Shown here piece after piece: positions 26,001 through 38,600 of a DNA stretch of 64,000 nucleotides. Position 1 is the stretch's first letter; the number at the start of each line of letters is the position of its first letter. A program made the position numbers and the translations under genes. The notes below the pieces were generated by a model that did not search any database, had not been told where the DNA came from, and saw only the letters and a program-made list of their open reading frames with translations. This DNA comes from Eledone cirrhosa. Taxonomy: Eukaryota. The DNA lies in NCBI GenBank assembly GCA_964016885.1, contig OZ024746.1, forward strand, positions 76,694,001 to 76,758,000, in the 5' to 3' direction.

Positions 26001-29000
26001 ATCAAAAATCGAGTTTGTTAATTCAAATGGTTGTTATATCTTTACAACTAAAACTGGTCCAGGTTCTACTATACAAAGTTGTTTATTATAAAGTGTTTAT
26101 ATTTATCTAAAAACTTTCTTCCATCATAATTTTATTGAATAACCTTTGTTAAATTTTGCTCCAAACACCAACTTAATAATGAGAAAGTGAGTTATTTTAC
26201 TAAATCCCACCAAATTCTTGATTATTTAAAAAAAAGAATATTTGAAAATCATAAGCAGTGTCTTTCATTAGAAATATAATAATGAAGGGATTAAAATGGG
26301 TGGTTTTGTTTCATAGAACCAGAGCTGAATTTTGCTGGGTTGGTTTCAAGAGTTAAATTCATCAACTTGTCTGAGTGCCGTTCCTTCTATTTCAATTGTA
26401 TTGGGTGTTTGACTTTTGTTTTTATTAGTTAACATTATTTTATTTCTTTGTACAGTGCATATTTGCTTTCCACATCTTGCAGTAGTATCAAGATATATTG
26501 TTACATTTTGAAGTAATTCCTTATGTCCTCTTAACCCTTTCATTACCATATTTCTAATGAAAGACATCACCTATGATTTTCAAACCATTTTGTAAATAAT
26601 CACGAATTTGGAGGGGTTTATTAATGTAACTTTCTTATTATTTATCTGTAGTTTGGAGCATAGCTAAACTTATGAAGGAAGGCTTTTAGATAAATATAAA
26701 CACTTTAAAATAATCAGCATATAATTATAGAACCAGGAGCATTTTCATGTGGTTTAACATCATCACTGTTTAACGTCTACTTTCCATGCTTGCATAAGTT
26801 AGATGGTTGTTGTGTGCTAAGACCAGACTGGTCAGGTGATTAGATCCTATCCATACGCTTTGTTTTGGCACAGCTGGATGCCCTTCCTAATGCCAACCAC
26901 TTTACAGCATATACTGCGAGTATGGTTTCTATGGTTGGATACCCTTCCTAATGTCAACCACATTAGTGTTTACTGGGAGCATAAGTTCTATGGTTGGATG
27001 CTCATCCTAAAATTAACCCCTTCACAGAGTGTACTGGGAGCATTTTATTGTGACTCCAACACAACCAATTTACAGGGTAGTCTTAGTGCTTATGTAGTGG
27101 CACCAGCACAATTAAAAAGGTTAAATGAATATTATTAGCAAAACAAAGACGACTGACTTTTCTACCTCCTACTTGAATATTTTCTTCAAAAGGCAGTGTA
27201 AAAATTTCCTTTTTGAAAAAATCCTGTTTGAATTACGGTAACAGAAAAAAACATTATTTTTTTTTAAAGAGCAATAGTAATTTCAACTGCATTTTATGGG
27301 TGTGAATCATGGATATTAGATGTTGAACATGAGAAAAATATCATGGCTTTTGAAATGAAATGTTATAGAAAGATGCTTTGCATTCCATTAACAGAACACT
27401 GAATAAATAAGTGTTAAGAAGACTTTGAGTAAAGGTGTGTAGTTTTGTGGTTAAAGTGTTGAACTTGTGATCATAAGGACATGGATTTGATTCCTGGATC
27501 AGGTGGCGTGTTATAGAGACTTCATTTTATGTTGCTTTTCATGATAGGACTGAGGCCCCTATTATTAAATCACATGAGAAACCTCATATGAGATACAACT
27601 TCATAGGAGGCTAGCTAAACATGTATAGGGGTGTGATGAAAATTTCTTTTTTTTTTGTTTTTCATTTTAGGAAGATTGTGAACTATGAAACTTGTCAATT
27701 GTAATGAGGTGCAATGTGAAGTGACACTCTCACTCAATGAGGGAAGGGGTGACTGAGCAACATGGAATAACTGATAAGGAGGAAGATGGTGGAAAACGTG
27801 GTTGGCTGATGACCAAGTGACATGGAGAGAGGAGGTTGCATCTCTTGTTATGCACCTATGGCCTTCATAGACTATGGATTTTGATTTGATTGAACATTAT
27901 CACCATTTTATATGTTTTCCAAGTTGGTGTGGTTTGTCTTAGCCCGTGATTAGACTGGCTGGAGAGACCTCATCATGCTTATACGTTCCATATTTGATAT
28001 GGTTTTCGGGCTAAATATGCTCTTCCTAACGCCAGCCATTTTACAGAGTGTACTGAATGCATTTTATTGTGACACTAGCATCAGATTCCTTGCTACTCTG
28101 TATTGTTTCCGTTTGATCAACAACCACATTACAGAGTGTACTGGCTGCTTTTAATTGAAACAACAGCACTAGAGACGAAAGGGTTGACTCAGATTATTTT
28201 ACAAATACGATCAATCCAAGTATATTGTTGATACACAGTGCTTCCTTATGATTTCAGCTACATGGACACACCTCATTTGGCACATATATGCGCAAAGTGC
28301 AGAGCCAGCGCTTCCATTTAGCCAAGCAGGGTGGAAGCATCAGAGAAACGATGCAATATCAGCAGCGTGGTCAGTGTTCGAGCTGCCCGAGGCAGTCTTC
28401 AAGTTTGCACCACCCCTTTTAACGAAAAACACAACACAATACAGATCAAAAGAGCCGACACCCTAACTACGCTACTGATTAATTAGATGAATTTCATATT
28501 CATGACATCCATGACATCATATCTAAATATAAAACATGCCGTCAGTTTCTTGATGTGATGTACGAATTAATTTATTTAAAAATGTGATTTGATTTAATTA
28601 TTGAACATAACATACTTGTTAAAATCCTTAAAGAATTTTTTCAAATTAAAAAAATAATTAACTGACAACCATCCCAAAGCAAAACCTAATTAAGACATCA
28701 TCTATTGCAACAAATTTTATTGATAATAATCGATAGCCAATATGTCGGCAAGCCAAAAGAATGCTGCTGAAATATTAGTGAATTAGTAGTTATAATAGTT
28801 TCCTTATCAGCTATTTTCTGCATCTGGAATATGCTGTTGGTTGATGTAAATTAAACACACCTATCCTCTCTATAGAGAAAGAAAGTGAAACATTAAAACC
28901 CAAACTGAAATTGTACATGCATATGTACAATTTCAGTTTGGTTCTCACATATCACGATTGTTTTCATAAATAACTAGGTAAATCGATTATCAAGGTATCC

Positions 29001-29553
29001 TCTTTTTTTTTAAATGTCACTCAGATATAGATAAATACACTTAGCGAATTGCTTGTAAGAACCCAACACTAATAATATGTGAGTGTGAGTCTAATCAATA
29101 TTACTTATTAATAAAGGTAGTGCTATATAATAGCAAACAACATTTTTTAAGTTAAGAAAATGTGTGCAAGAGGTAGAGGTCTGGAGTGAGATAAGACGTC
29201 ACCACATAGTGATGAATAACTAGTACAGCATCATCGTTCAGGCCACAAACCCGGGCGTCACCACCTGCTAGGCAGATGAGTGGTGATGATGACTAAATAC
29301 CATCGGGTTCTTCACGGCAATGCTTCTGTCATCTTGATCGCGGACCGCAGCAGCTGATATATACTGTTCACCCATGAGGGTGTGTGTATGTGGGGAGGGG
29401 GGGACAATGTGAAGCAGTCTTTACCCTCTGCATTGCAGGTTTTTTTACTCTTTTTTTTATGTCACTTGTATTCTGAATAAATTGCTAAATAAAATCTGTT
29501 TACTATGACGATGACGATAGCCATCATAAGGATGAAGACGGCGATGATAAAAT

Positions 29554-29579
29554 AGTCACATGATCGCCAGTCACATGAT
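29554..29579. promoter_or_regulatory. Tandem E-box/M-box-like motifs upstream of REEP5
   Basis: AGTCACATGAT occurs at 29554-29564 and 29569-29579, about 240 bp upstream of the ATG in a CpG-retaining region. Confidence 0.5.
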
Positions 29580-29758
29580 AAATCGTCACCGACATTGCCA
29601 GCAACGCTATTGACTATATTGGGCGAGTCTAAATATATGTGTTTTAGGAGTGTTGCCTTGCTGCATACCCCTATGAAACGGAAATAGACTGTGCTACTTG
29701 TTGAACTGCTACTACTAGCACAATTCCTTCTTGTCGTTGACGTTAATATTAACTGTAG

Positions 29759-30118
<360 letters not shown>

Positions 30119-30628
30119 TAAATATTGTGGGGCGCCTGATTGCAGATCAGTCAGCTCCCCCCGTCAACTCCGTTGTGGGTATCGGACTTTTATAACATTA
30201 AAAAAATGGTAGCTACTTTAACCTGTGTTGGTTATTTAATGCTTCTCCAACTACCACTCCGATGATGTTGCATTTTGGTTTACTTTTAGTTTTTAAAATA
30301 TTTCAGTTTCTACAAAATAACGGGACATACAGTAGTATACATATCTGTATTTATCTATCTCCCTCTCTCTTTATATATATATATATTAATCGAGTGATAA
30401 GCTTTCATCTGATGTTGGGACGCCTTGTTGGATGGCGTTTTTTTTTTTTATTATTCAAAACTGAATCTACTTACAACAAATTAACTATATGCCAGTCAGT
30501 CTGGTCAAACATCCATTATTATTTAGCACGCCCTCTTTTTAAAATTATACATCTGAGTAATAAATTGGCGATATATTTACTAATAGGATGTCGCTTGACA
30601 TTTGTTGAGCGTAACTCTTTCAATGTTA

Positions 30629-30704
<76 letters not shown>

Positions 30705-31432
30705 TGTAGGGGATGGACTCCACAATTGGTGTATGGATGGCTGGCTGCTATAGTATAATATATCGGGCTTCACCTGAGTTCATTTGACAGCAGTAACTAC
30801 TATTTTCAGATGTTGTAATATCATTTGTAATAAAGCTATATTATCTAGAGCAATAAAGTTCATAAGCCAAACACTGGCAGAGAAACCTGTTTAAATTATA
30901 ACTAAGCACTTATGTCATCTTATGCATTATCATTGTATATTAAAAAATAAGTCATTAAGATGTAATTGTCAAATTTTAACTTTTATTTATAATGACGTAG
31001 TTCACATTTTAAAACATTTCATGACACTTCTGTACTAAAATAATTTGTGTTACCGATATCACCAGTAAGTTATTTTGCAGCACTATCATCTTCCACCAAT
31101 ATTCATGTTTTCCAAAAAATTGTTTTCAGTTGCACAAAGGAACTCTTTCCAACAAATTATTTTGAGAGGTTTTCACTTTAACAAACCCTCACTGTAACAT
31201 TATTACAATCATCTTTCTCTTTAATGCACAGCATCGCTATATCTACTTAAATTGTTGTATTTTTAATCTAAAAAACTGTTTTCTTTTGTTCGATCGCCAT
31301 TAGTATCGGAACAGTTCGATTAGACGAATAGGTCCTGATATGAAGGAAATTTTATATCTAAAGAAGGGAACTAAACGAATTGATTTTACTAAAGTGGCTT
31401 TGAATTATTACAAAATTCAGTAGATGACTATT

Positions 31433-31469
<37 letters not shown>

Positions 31470-33297
31470 CATGCCTGTGGTATCTATTGCGGCGCCTAGT
31501 TTTGGGTTCAAATTACGCAAGTGTCTTTTTTCACCTTTTGCAACCGAAACTGAGCGGGTGGGGGTCTTCTTTGAAATCCTTCTGATTAGCTTTATTTAGA
31601 GTTCCCCACTACCTAATTCGATTTTTATCGTCTATACATCCTCATAAAAGACCCGTAATAAACCAAGCTAGGTGCTAATTGTAGAAAATTGTTTAAATAT
31701 GTTGTACAATTTGTTTTTACTTGAACTATTAAGATTGAAATATTTCTAGTTAAGGATAGGCTTTTAATAATTTCAAACTTCTTTTTCAAAATCTGTTCCT
31801 GCTTTCATTCTCTTATATTTGGTTTGGTGTTAATATTAAGGTCACCATCACTAACTTGACACGCACTGGTCGTGACTTTTCTTTGTGTTGCTTTTTTTCC
31901 CCTTTCATCTTCTATTGTTATCTGTCCAATGTATCGTATTCATTTTTTTTTTATTCCACTCGCGCAAGTATAAAGGCCATATATGTTTATAACAGGGCTT
32001 CTCAAACATATTACTTGATTTTGTAACACAATTTTATTGATATTAATCCCCAAGCAAATTTCTTAAGTATAAAATTACAAATCATAACAATTTACTAGTG
32101 TTTAATACAATTTACGTGAGAAACGTATCGGTAAATTATAAATGCGAATGCACCTTTACAGCTTGAATTATTTTTAATGGAATGGATGGGTTTGGTGGAC
32201 ACGGAGATCAGAAATATTATGTTGAACAATAAATCACCAGTGGCCATCACGCCCTCTTAGGCATTCCGCTACTCTACATAATCCGTTAAGGATTAATGAA
32301 TATGCAAACTAGTGAATTCACCCCCTGCCAACCCATAAGGCTTTATTCGGCTCTATAGGACAGAACTCTTGTCTCTAGGAACATTTTCTAATATTTAGTT
32401 TTCAGGTGTACGAAGGGTACTTATTAAAACATCTAAATCGGAATGCTAGAGTAATTTGCGTTTTCGATAGTCTAAAGCTATTTTTGTGGTTTGTTTATTT
32501 ATATTCTATTATCTTCTGATTGTGTACGAGTCGCTATCTATTTTGGCGCTACCGAAACCGTCCCTTGGCGCGTATTTAAATTAGTAAATGTCATCAGCTG
32601 TTTGTTAGTTGATTTCTAAGCAATATTGAATAAGGTGGTCTTAATGCTAAAACAATTACGTTAGTTGAACTTAATGAATAAACACACCATAAAAACTAAA
32701 TTTTGCGAAATTTTCACTACTAAAAAGAAAATAAATTTTGTTGTCGACTGATCTTTTTTCATCAACATGTTCAATTTTAAATTCGGAGTCTCGCATGTAA
32801 GCGTATTCATTGCCTTTTAACTTAACATTAAAAAAAAAACAATGATCGACAGGCAGTCAAGCTTGCAGTTATGTTAATTTTGTTACAATGATTTTATTTC
32901 TCTGGCATAAAGAGACGGAGCTGTCCATATTATGAAGGGATAGAAATTGCTCGATTATGTTGATGTTAAAATTGAACTTCTGTGCCTTAATCTTTCGTTG
33001 GAGCGTATCGAAGTATTTTTTTTTTTTTTTAGTACCAAGTTACTTCTGATCAAGCAAATCAATTTTCAGAAACAGCCCAGTCTTGACCAACGAACTGTAA
33101 TTTTTAGAGGGTTAAGATTACATTATCTAATGGCGTTTCCTTAAAGATGTGATCTGAGGAAATTGACTGCGATTTCTAGCAGGTTTAATGACGACAGAGG
33201 CTCCCTTGAAGTGTAATGGTTATCGTATTTGCATCTCAAGGAGCGAATTGTTACAAGAGTGTGTATTATTATTATTTGAGTCCGGATGACACTAGTG

Positions 33298-33427
33298 CAG
33301 TGGTTCCCAAAGTGGGTTCCGCAAAGGAGTGTCTGGGGTTCAGTAGAAAAAGGTAGAGGAGTGTATATTACGACCATATAACAGTATTAGACTTTTTGGG
33401 GTTCCCCCAAAAGTTTGGGAAACCCTG
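33298..33427. mobile_element. hAT/Charlie-like MITE
   Basis: TIRs CAGTGGTTCCCAAA ... TTTGGGAAACCCTG; 8-bp flanks CACTAGTG/CTGTAGTG. Confidence 0.7.
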
Positions 33428-33708
33428 CTGTAGTGACAAGTTGAACGGGCTCTTGTGATGAGTTGGCAACTTCAGAGATGCGGTAATGGAGGTTGAAGAC
33501 ACTGGTGGCACACAGGAAACCAGTGGGCTAGTAATGACTAAATTTGGTGAATGAAAAACTTGCCTATCAGGTGAAGGTATTTGTCTTCATTTGTGTGTGC
33601 TCCAGACGAGTGAGCAAGCAGTACGCTGCTTGATGTAGGTCGGACAATGAGTGCAGGTGAATTTCTGCTTTTCTAAAGCTGGTTATGAGTTGACTATATT
33701 GTATTACA

Positions 33709-34386
33709 GGTAATTTACTATTTTACGTTCACAAACTCAAATAAACATTATCGCTAGTTATGTCTGGAGGTCGAAAGTGAAACTGTTAAGCGGTGAATTA
33801 AGCTTAAAAGTTTCACTTTTGAAAATTACTTTCACTTCTGACCTGGAGGTCGACCTGCTACTGCGCCAAAATATATTGTTCCACCAGATGAAGTAATGAA
33901 TAGCACTCAAATTTTGGCCGAGAAATATAATATAACCAAACTTGCAAGAGATGTAACTGTACTTGGAGCTGTATACAGTGGTGTGCACGTAGACGGCTTT
34001 TACGCAATACTTTGATTTGTGACTCCTGTAATGTTGAATGCTTCCTAATTAATAGAGGTGATATATCTGATGGCAAAACATGGTATTGCAGTAGATTGGT
34101 CGCGAGGCATGTGAGATGTCTTGAGCAAAACCCCTAACTAATAGGTGGGATTAATGAGGATGGAGAACCAATGACGGAAGTGGATGAAACTAAATTTTTT
34201 CATCGAAAATATCACTTTTAATTCCGTCTCTTTTTGTATCTAATTTCTTTTTCAATAAATAACCTAACCCTAAACCCTGGTCAGTAATTTTACTTGTGGT
34301 TCACCGCTTAAGTTTCACTTTCGACCTCCAGACATAACTAGCGATAATGTTTATTTGAGTTTGTGAACATAAAATAGTAAATTACC
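33709..34386 (+). mobile_element. Internally deleted Merlin (IS1016/IS1595-like) DNA transposon
   Basis: About 75-bp TIRs beginning GGTAAT. Remnants IQWCARRRLLRNTLICDSC...DGKTWYC (Zn-ribbon-like) and IGGINEDGEPMTEVDETKFFHRKYH (34141-34215). Degenerate 8-bp TSD GTATTACA/ATATTACG. Confidence 0.85.
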
Positions 34387-34872
34387 ATATTACGTATTCC
34401 AGCCGACAGGCTGAGGCCATTCTGGGGCACTATGGCAGCTTTGTAAATGTTCTTTTCTTTGAGATATGACGAAGTTGAAGTTGAATTCACGATCATATCG
34501 TCGAGGATTCGATTCCTGGGCTGGGCGGTGGTGTTCTTGAGCAAGACACTTCATCTCATGATAGGACTGCGGTTCTTATTAAAATACCCTAGAAATTTAG
34601 ATGTAACCTTGTAGGAGGATAACTAAACCGGCATAAGTGTAGGCTGTGCATTTTCCTTTCCTATGACAAGTGATGTATGTAGTTTAATCTTGATTAAACG
34701 TTTATCTATACAAGAATGATGATAGAATAACATGACTAAGAAATATATTTTTTAATCAAGTCCGTTTGCATTTTGAATCATCATTATATTTACTCGCTCT
34801 CTCTCTCGCTCTCTCTCTCGCTCTCTCGCTCTCTCTCTCGCTCTCTCTCTCGCTCTCTCTGTGTGTGTGTGC

Positions 34873-35017
34873 AATAATTGAATGAAATATAATTTTCGTC
34901 CACCCTCCCCGCTCCAATAATTGAATGAAATATAATTTTCGTCCACCCTCCCCGCTCCAATAATTGAATGAAATATAATTTTCGTCCACCCTCCCCGCTC
35001 CAATAATTGAATGAAAT
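34873..35017. repeat. 43-bp tandem repeat, about 3.4 copies
   Basis: AATAATTGAATGAAATATAATTTTCGTCCACCCTCCCCGCTCC at 34873, 34916 and 34959, partial at 35002. Confidence 0.95.
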
Positions 35018-35277
35018 AGAAAATTACAAAACACTCATAGGAGCTTATGGACCACTTTGAGAAGTCTTAATTTAACTGATAAAACATTAAACCATTTTAG
35101 TATTGTCTGCTTGGCTGTTGCTAAGATTGGGAAACATCCAGAATCTGAGGAAACGGGTGATAGTTTGTATGTGTGTAAGGCTGGTGCTACCATTAAGGCC
35201 AACTAGGATGCAGACCTTGGAAAAAGCAATTTATTGAACCTTAAAGGACCAGTTTTATATAAAACTATATATATATA

Positions 35278-35623
35278 CTTTGGGAAGGTCATGCTGCCAA
35301 TAAAAACACGCACCTGTTGGTTTTCACTTCAATTTATTACAAATTTCCGGTCGGTCGGTTGGTTGGTTCGATAACCTGATGGTTGTTTATATAGTGTCAA
35401 AGCTCCTTCGTCACACATTGTCACCGCCTCAGTGACTAGTTTATTTTGTCTCACCTTTGTTCTGTGCTACACCATCTTGTTTTAGGACAGAACAGACACG
35501 AAATAAAAAGTCACTGAGGAGGTCACAGAATGTGACGAAAGAGCTTTGACTATATATAAACCATCCGGTTATCGCACCAACCAACAGGTGCATATTTTTA
35601 TTGGCAGCATGACCATCCCAAAG
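35278..35623. mobile_element. Fold-back element D in REEP5 intron 1, TA-flanked, HHR-bearing
   Basis: Terminal 45 bp are inverted with 3 mismatches (CTTTGGGAAGGTCATGCTGCC.../...GGCAGCATGACCATCCCAAAG); inner arms are also complementary; TATA on both flanks. Confidence 0.8.
35509..35551 (+). ncRNA. Minimal type I hammerhead-like motif
   Basis: AGTCA-CTGAGGA-G.GTCACA.GAA.TGTGAC-GAAA-GAGC-TT-TGACT: 5-bp stem I, intact core, one extra G in stem II. Confidence 0.55.
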
Positions 35624-38600
35624 TATAACAATGTTTCAACACACGTTTTCAGATAAGAAATCTTGCAAAACAAATTCAAAAAGGATGTATAAATATTTCT
35701 TGCAATCAATATATTGCTAAACATATTTACCATATAGCAGCATTGTGGAAACAGCCAAAGTGGCAGAGAGCTTATCACCAGATTTGGCATGGGTAAGTGT
35801 GGCCTGTGTATTATAAAATGCAGGCTTTGTAATTTTCTGTGTGTGGCCAGAAGAACGTTTGTCAGCTTGCCAAACTGTAAACTGAAATTATTTTAATTGG
35901 AAGGAGGCACACATTATAGGGCACTAAATATCTAGGTGACAACAGCTGTTTGTCCATATATTTCAATAGGTTGTTGGTAAATGAAGTGTAGTTTAGTGTT
36001 TTTACCTTTGTTTCTTCTCTCAATGAAGAGGTGTTGTTGCTTGGGTTGTAGGCAAGTATTTTACTAAAGTGACAAATAAAAGTTGAGCCCTGAAATGTAT
36101 TTATTGAACTTTCCTACTGCTAAGATTCTTTTTAATGAGTACACTATAACCACGACTTCCAGTGTAAAATACCTAGTTTTTATCTATAAGAATCATCAGT
36201 GCTATGTCTTTTTGGTTGACCTTTTCAAATTGTCTTCCGGAATCTGCTTCAACTTTTAGCTAGTACCAAGTTGGCTTTAAGTTTGGAGAAATATCTGAAT
36301 CATTAGCTGTAGCTATTGAGAAACTTTAGTCCATTTTGAACAAAAGAAACTTATTCATTTAGTCATCCCTTTAGGAACAAATCTAATTCATTCCAGAGGG
36401 ATAGTTTGTCACAAATCCCCAATCAATATTGAGAGGCTACACCTAAAGCATCCTTTTAAAATTTAATAAAAGCAGATGCATATAAGAGCATAATGATTGT
36501 TCATTGTTATAAAAATTGCAAGAATAAAGAAAAAAATTGATTTAAATTTATCATTTTGGTTTGAGCAAACCCAAGCTGCCTTCATAACCTTAGTTTAATT
36601 CACTTTTATTTCAATACCAAATTATTAAAAAAAGCATTTGTTACCAAAGACTGCACCATACTCTTGTTTGGCCCAAATAGCATACTTTTCATTGAGTTCA
36701 GCAGCTGAACAAGTATTGTGAAATAGTAAGAGTTCACCCTGGTTTTAATTTGTACAATTCTCTCCTGTTAAAGGAGAGAACTGCACAAATCAGTGATGAA
36801 TGTGAAGTAAAACACTGAATAGTGATCCCTGAACTCTTAGTGTCTTTACCACATGAAATTATATTGACATGTTTTTCTTGACCAATACAAAACAGCATTG
36901 ACTGCATCACATTAAAAATTGTTTATTTTAATGATGCAAATTTTTTGAAATTGTCCACAAGAAAAGATATTTGAATCAACAAACCTGTTTTTTTTTATAT
37001 TTTCTGCTTAATCATTACTGAATTTCAATTTTATTCCCAATTGAATCATTGTGAGAAATAAAATGTTCAGACAATAGAGTAGAATACTCTTCCACCTAGC
37101 CAAAGTGGTGTCATGATACAATGCACTTAGTACACTCTGTGAAGTGGTAGTGCTGGTGCCATGATAAAACACTCAGTACACTCTGTAAGATGGTTGGTAT
37201 TAGAAAGGGCATCCAGTCATAGAAACCATGACAAAATTGAATGTATGAGCAAGATAAGCTTTCTCCAACCAGTCCAGGCAGCCCATCTAATCTTTGCTAG
37301 CATGGAAAGTGGATTTAAAATGATGAAATCCATATAAAGTAAATTTTTTAAAAGCATTCTCAACTATTTCTCAACTATATGTAGAACATTTTGTGAATAT
37401 TTGATACCAAACTGCCCGAAACCATCTCAGCTTCCATGAAGCAAAACTGTTTGTTTTAAAGTATTTATATTTATCTAATGACCTTACATCATAACCTCAC
37501 TCAATTATGAGAAAGTAATATTACAACAAAATGGTTAAAATTGAAGTTGTTTTGAAGAAATTTATGAAGCTTGTTTTTATGAACTAGTTTTATGGAAAAA
37601 TGTTTCTCTGCAGCTTTCCATGCATTGAAGGAATAATAAAAAAGTTTAGTTCTCTCTATCAGCTATTCACAAGGGCTCAATGGTCAATGTTTAATTCTAT
37701 TCATAGTTTCTTTATCTTTCTTGAAACACTGTATACTTTGCCCCTAAAATATTTTTATCAAATTTGGTTGACAAACTTTGTTTTTACAGCAGCAGCAACA
37801 AGCATTTTAAGGCTATTTCTCCCTGCTAAAGCAGAGAGTGGTTAGCTTTGCAGGTCCATGGCAAGCTCATTATAGGGTCCTTTTTAAAAGCAATGTTTTA
37901 GGATGGATGCCAACCCTTTTTGTTGCTTTTAAAAGGGCATGGTGTACCTATTCTAAACCAGATACACATTTTATGCAATTAAATAGGGCTTTTCACCCTC
38001 ACATTTTTAGTTACAATTTTTAGTTATTTTGGAAATTTTATATTTTCTAGAATGAGTGGTTGATCTAGTTACTTTATTTGCAAATATTTTGTTTCGGACA
38101 AGCACAGGCATGGCTGTGTGGTCATGGAGTTTACTTCACAGCCATGTGGTTCTAGGGTCAGTTCCACTGCAGCTTCAGGTTGACCAATGTCTTGTGAGTA
38201 GAATTTAGATGAAAACTAGAGGCACATTGTGTGTGCATTTGTCAGTCTATTGATAAAACACCAGGCTTGAAAAAATGTTTCAACAGCTGTTAATTGTAGG
38301 ACATAGCCAATCAAATAAGTTTGACCATCTTTTCATTTCAATGTGCATGGCATGATTGTATGTATATCAGTTTTCACATCTCATGCTGACATGGGTTAGA
38401 CAGGATTTTTTGAGGTAGTGTTTCACAACCAGATGCCTTTTCTGATGTCAACTCTTTTTGTCATCTTTTATGTCACAGATACAATGTACCTATCTGTGTG
38501 TTGTCATGCTTGTATTCCCATGATGGCATGGATTAGATGGGACTTGTCGGGGTAGTTTTATAGCTAGATGCCCTTTCTAATGCTAATACTTTTAGTCTTC

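Noticed and set aside
28248-28466. 72-aa ORF upstream of REEP5
   Set aside because: No recognisable homology or splice support on the + strand; more likely promoter or UTR-type sequence.
34259-34278. TAACCTAACCCTAAACCCT as an interstitial telomere
   Set aside because: About three degenerate units inside the Merlin element; too short.
34873-35017. Possible CRISPR-like repeats (also 52213-52483)
   Set aside because: Head-to-tail units without unique spacers, no cas genes, eukaryotic context.
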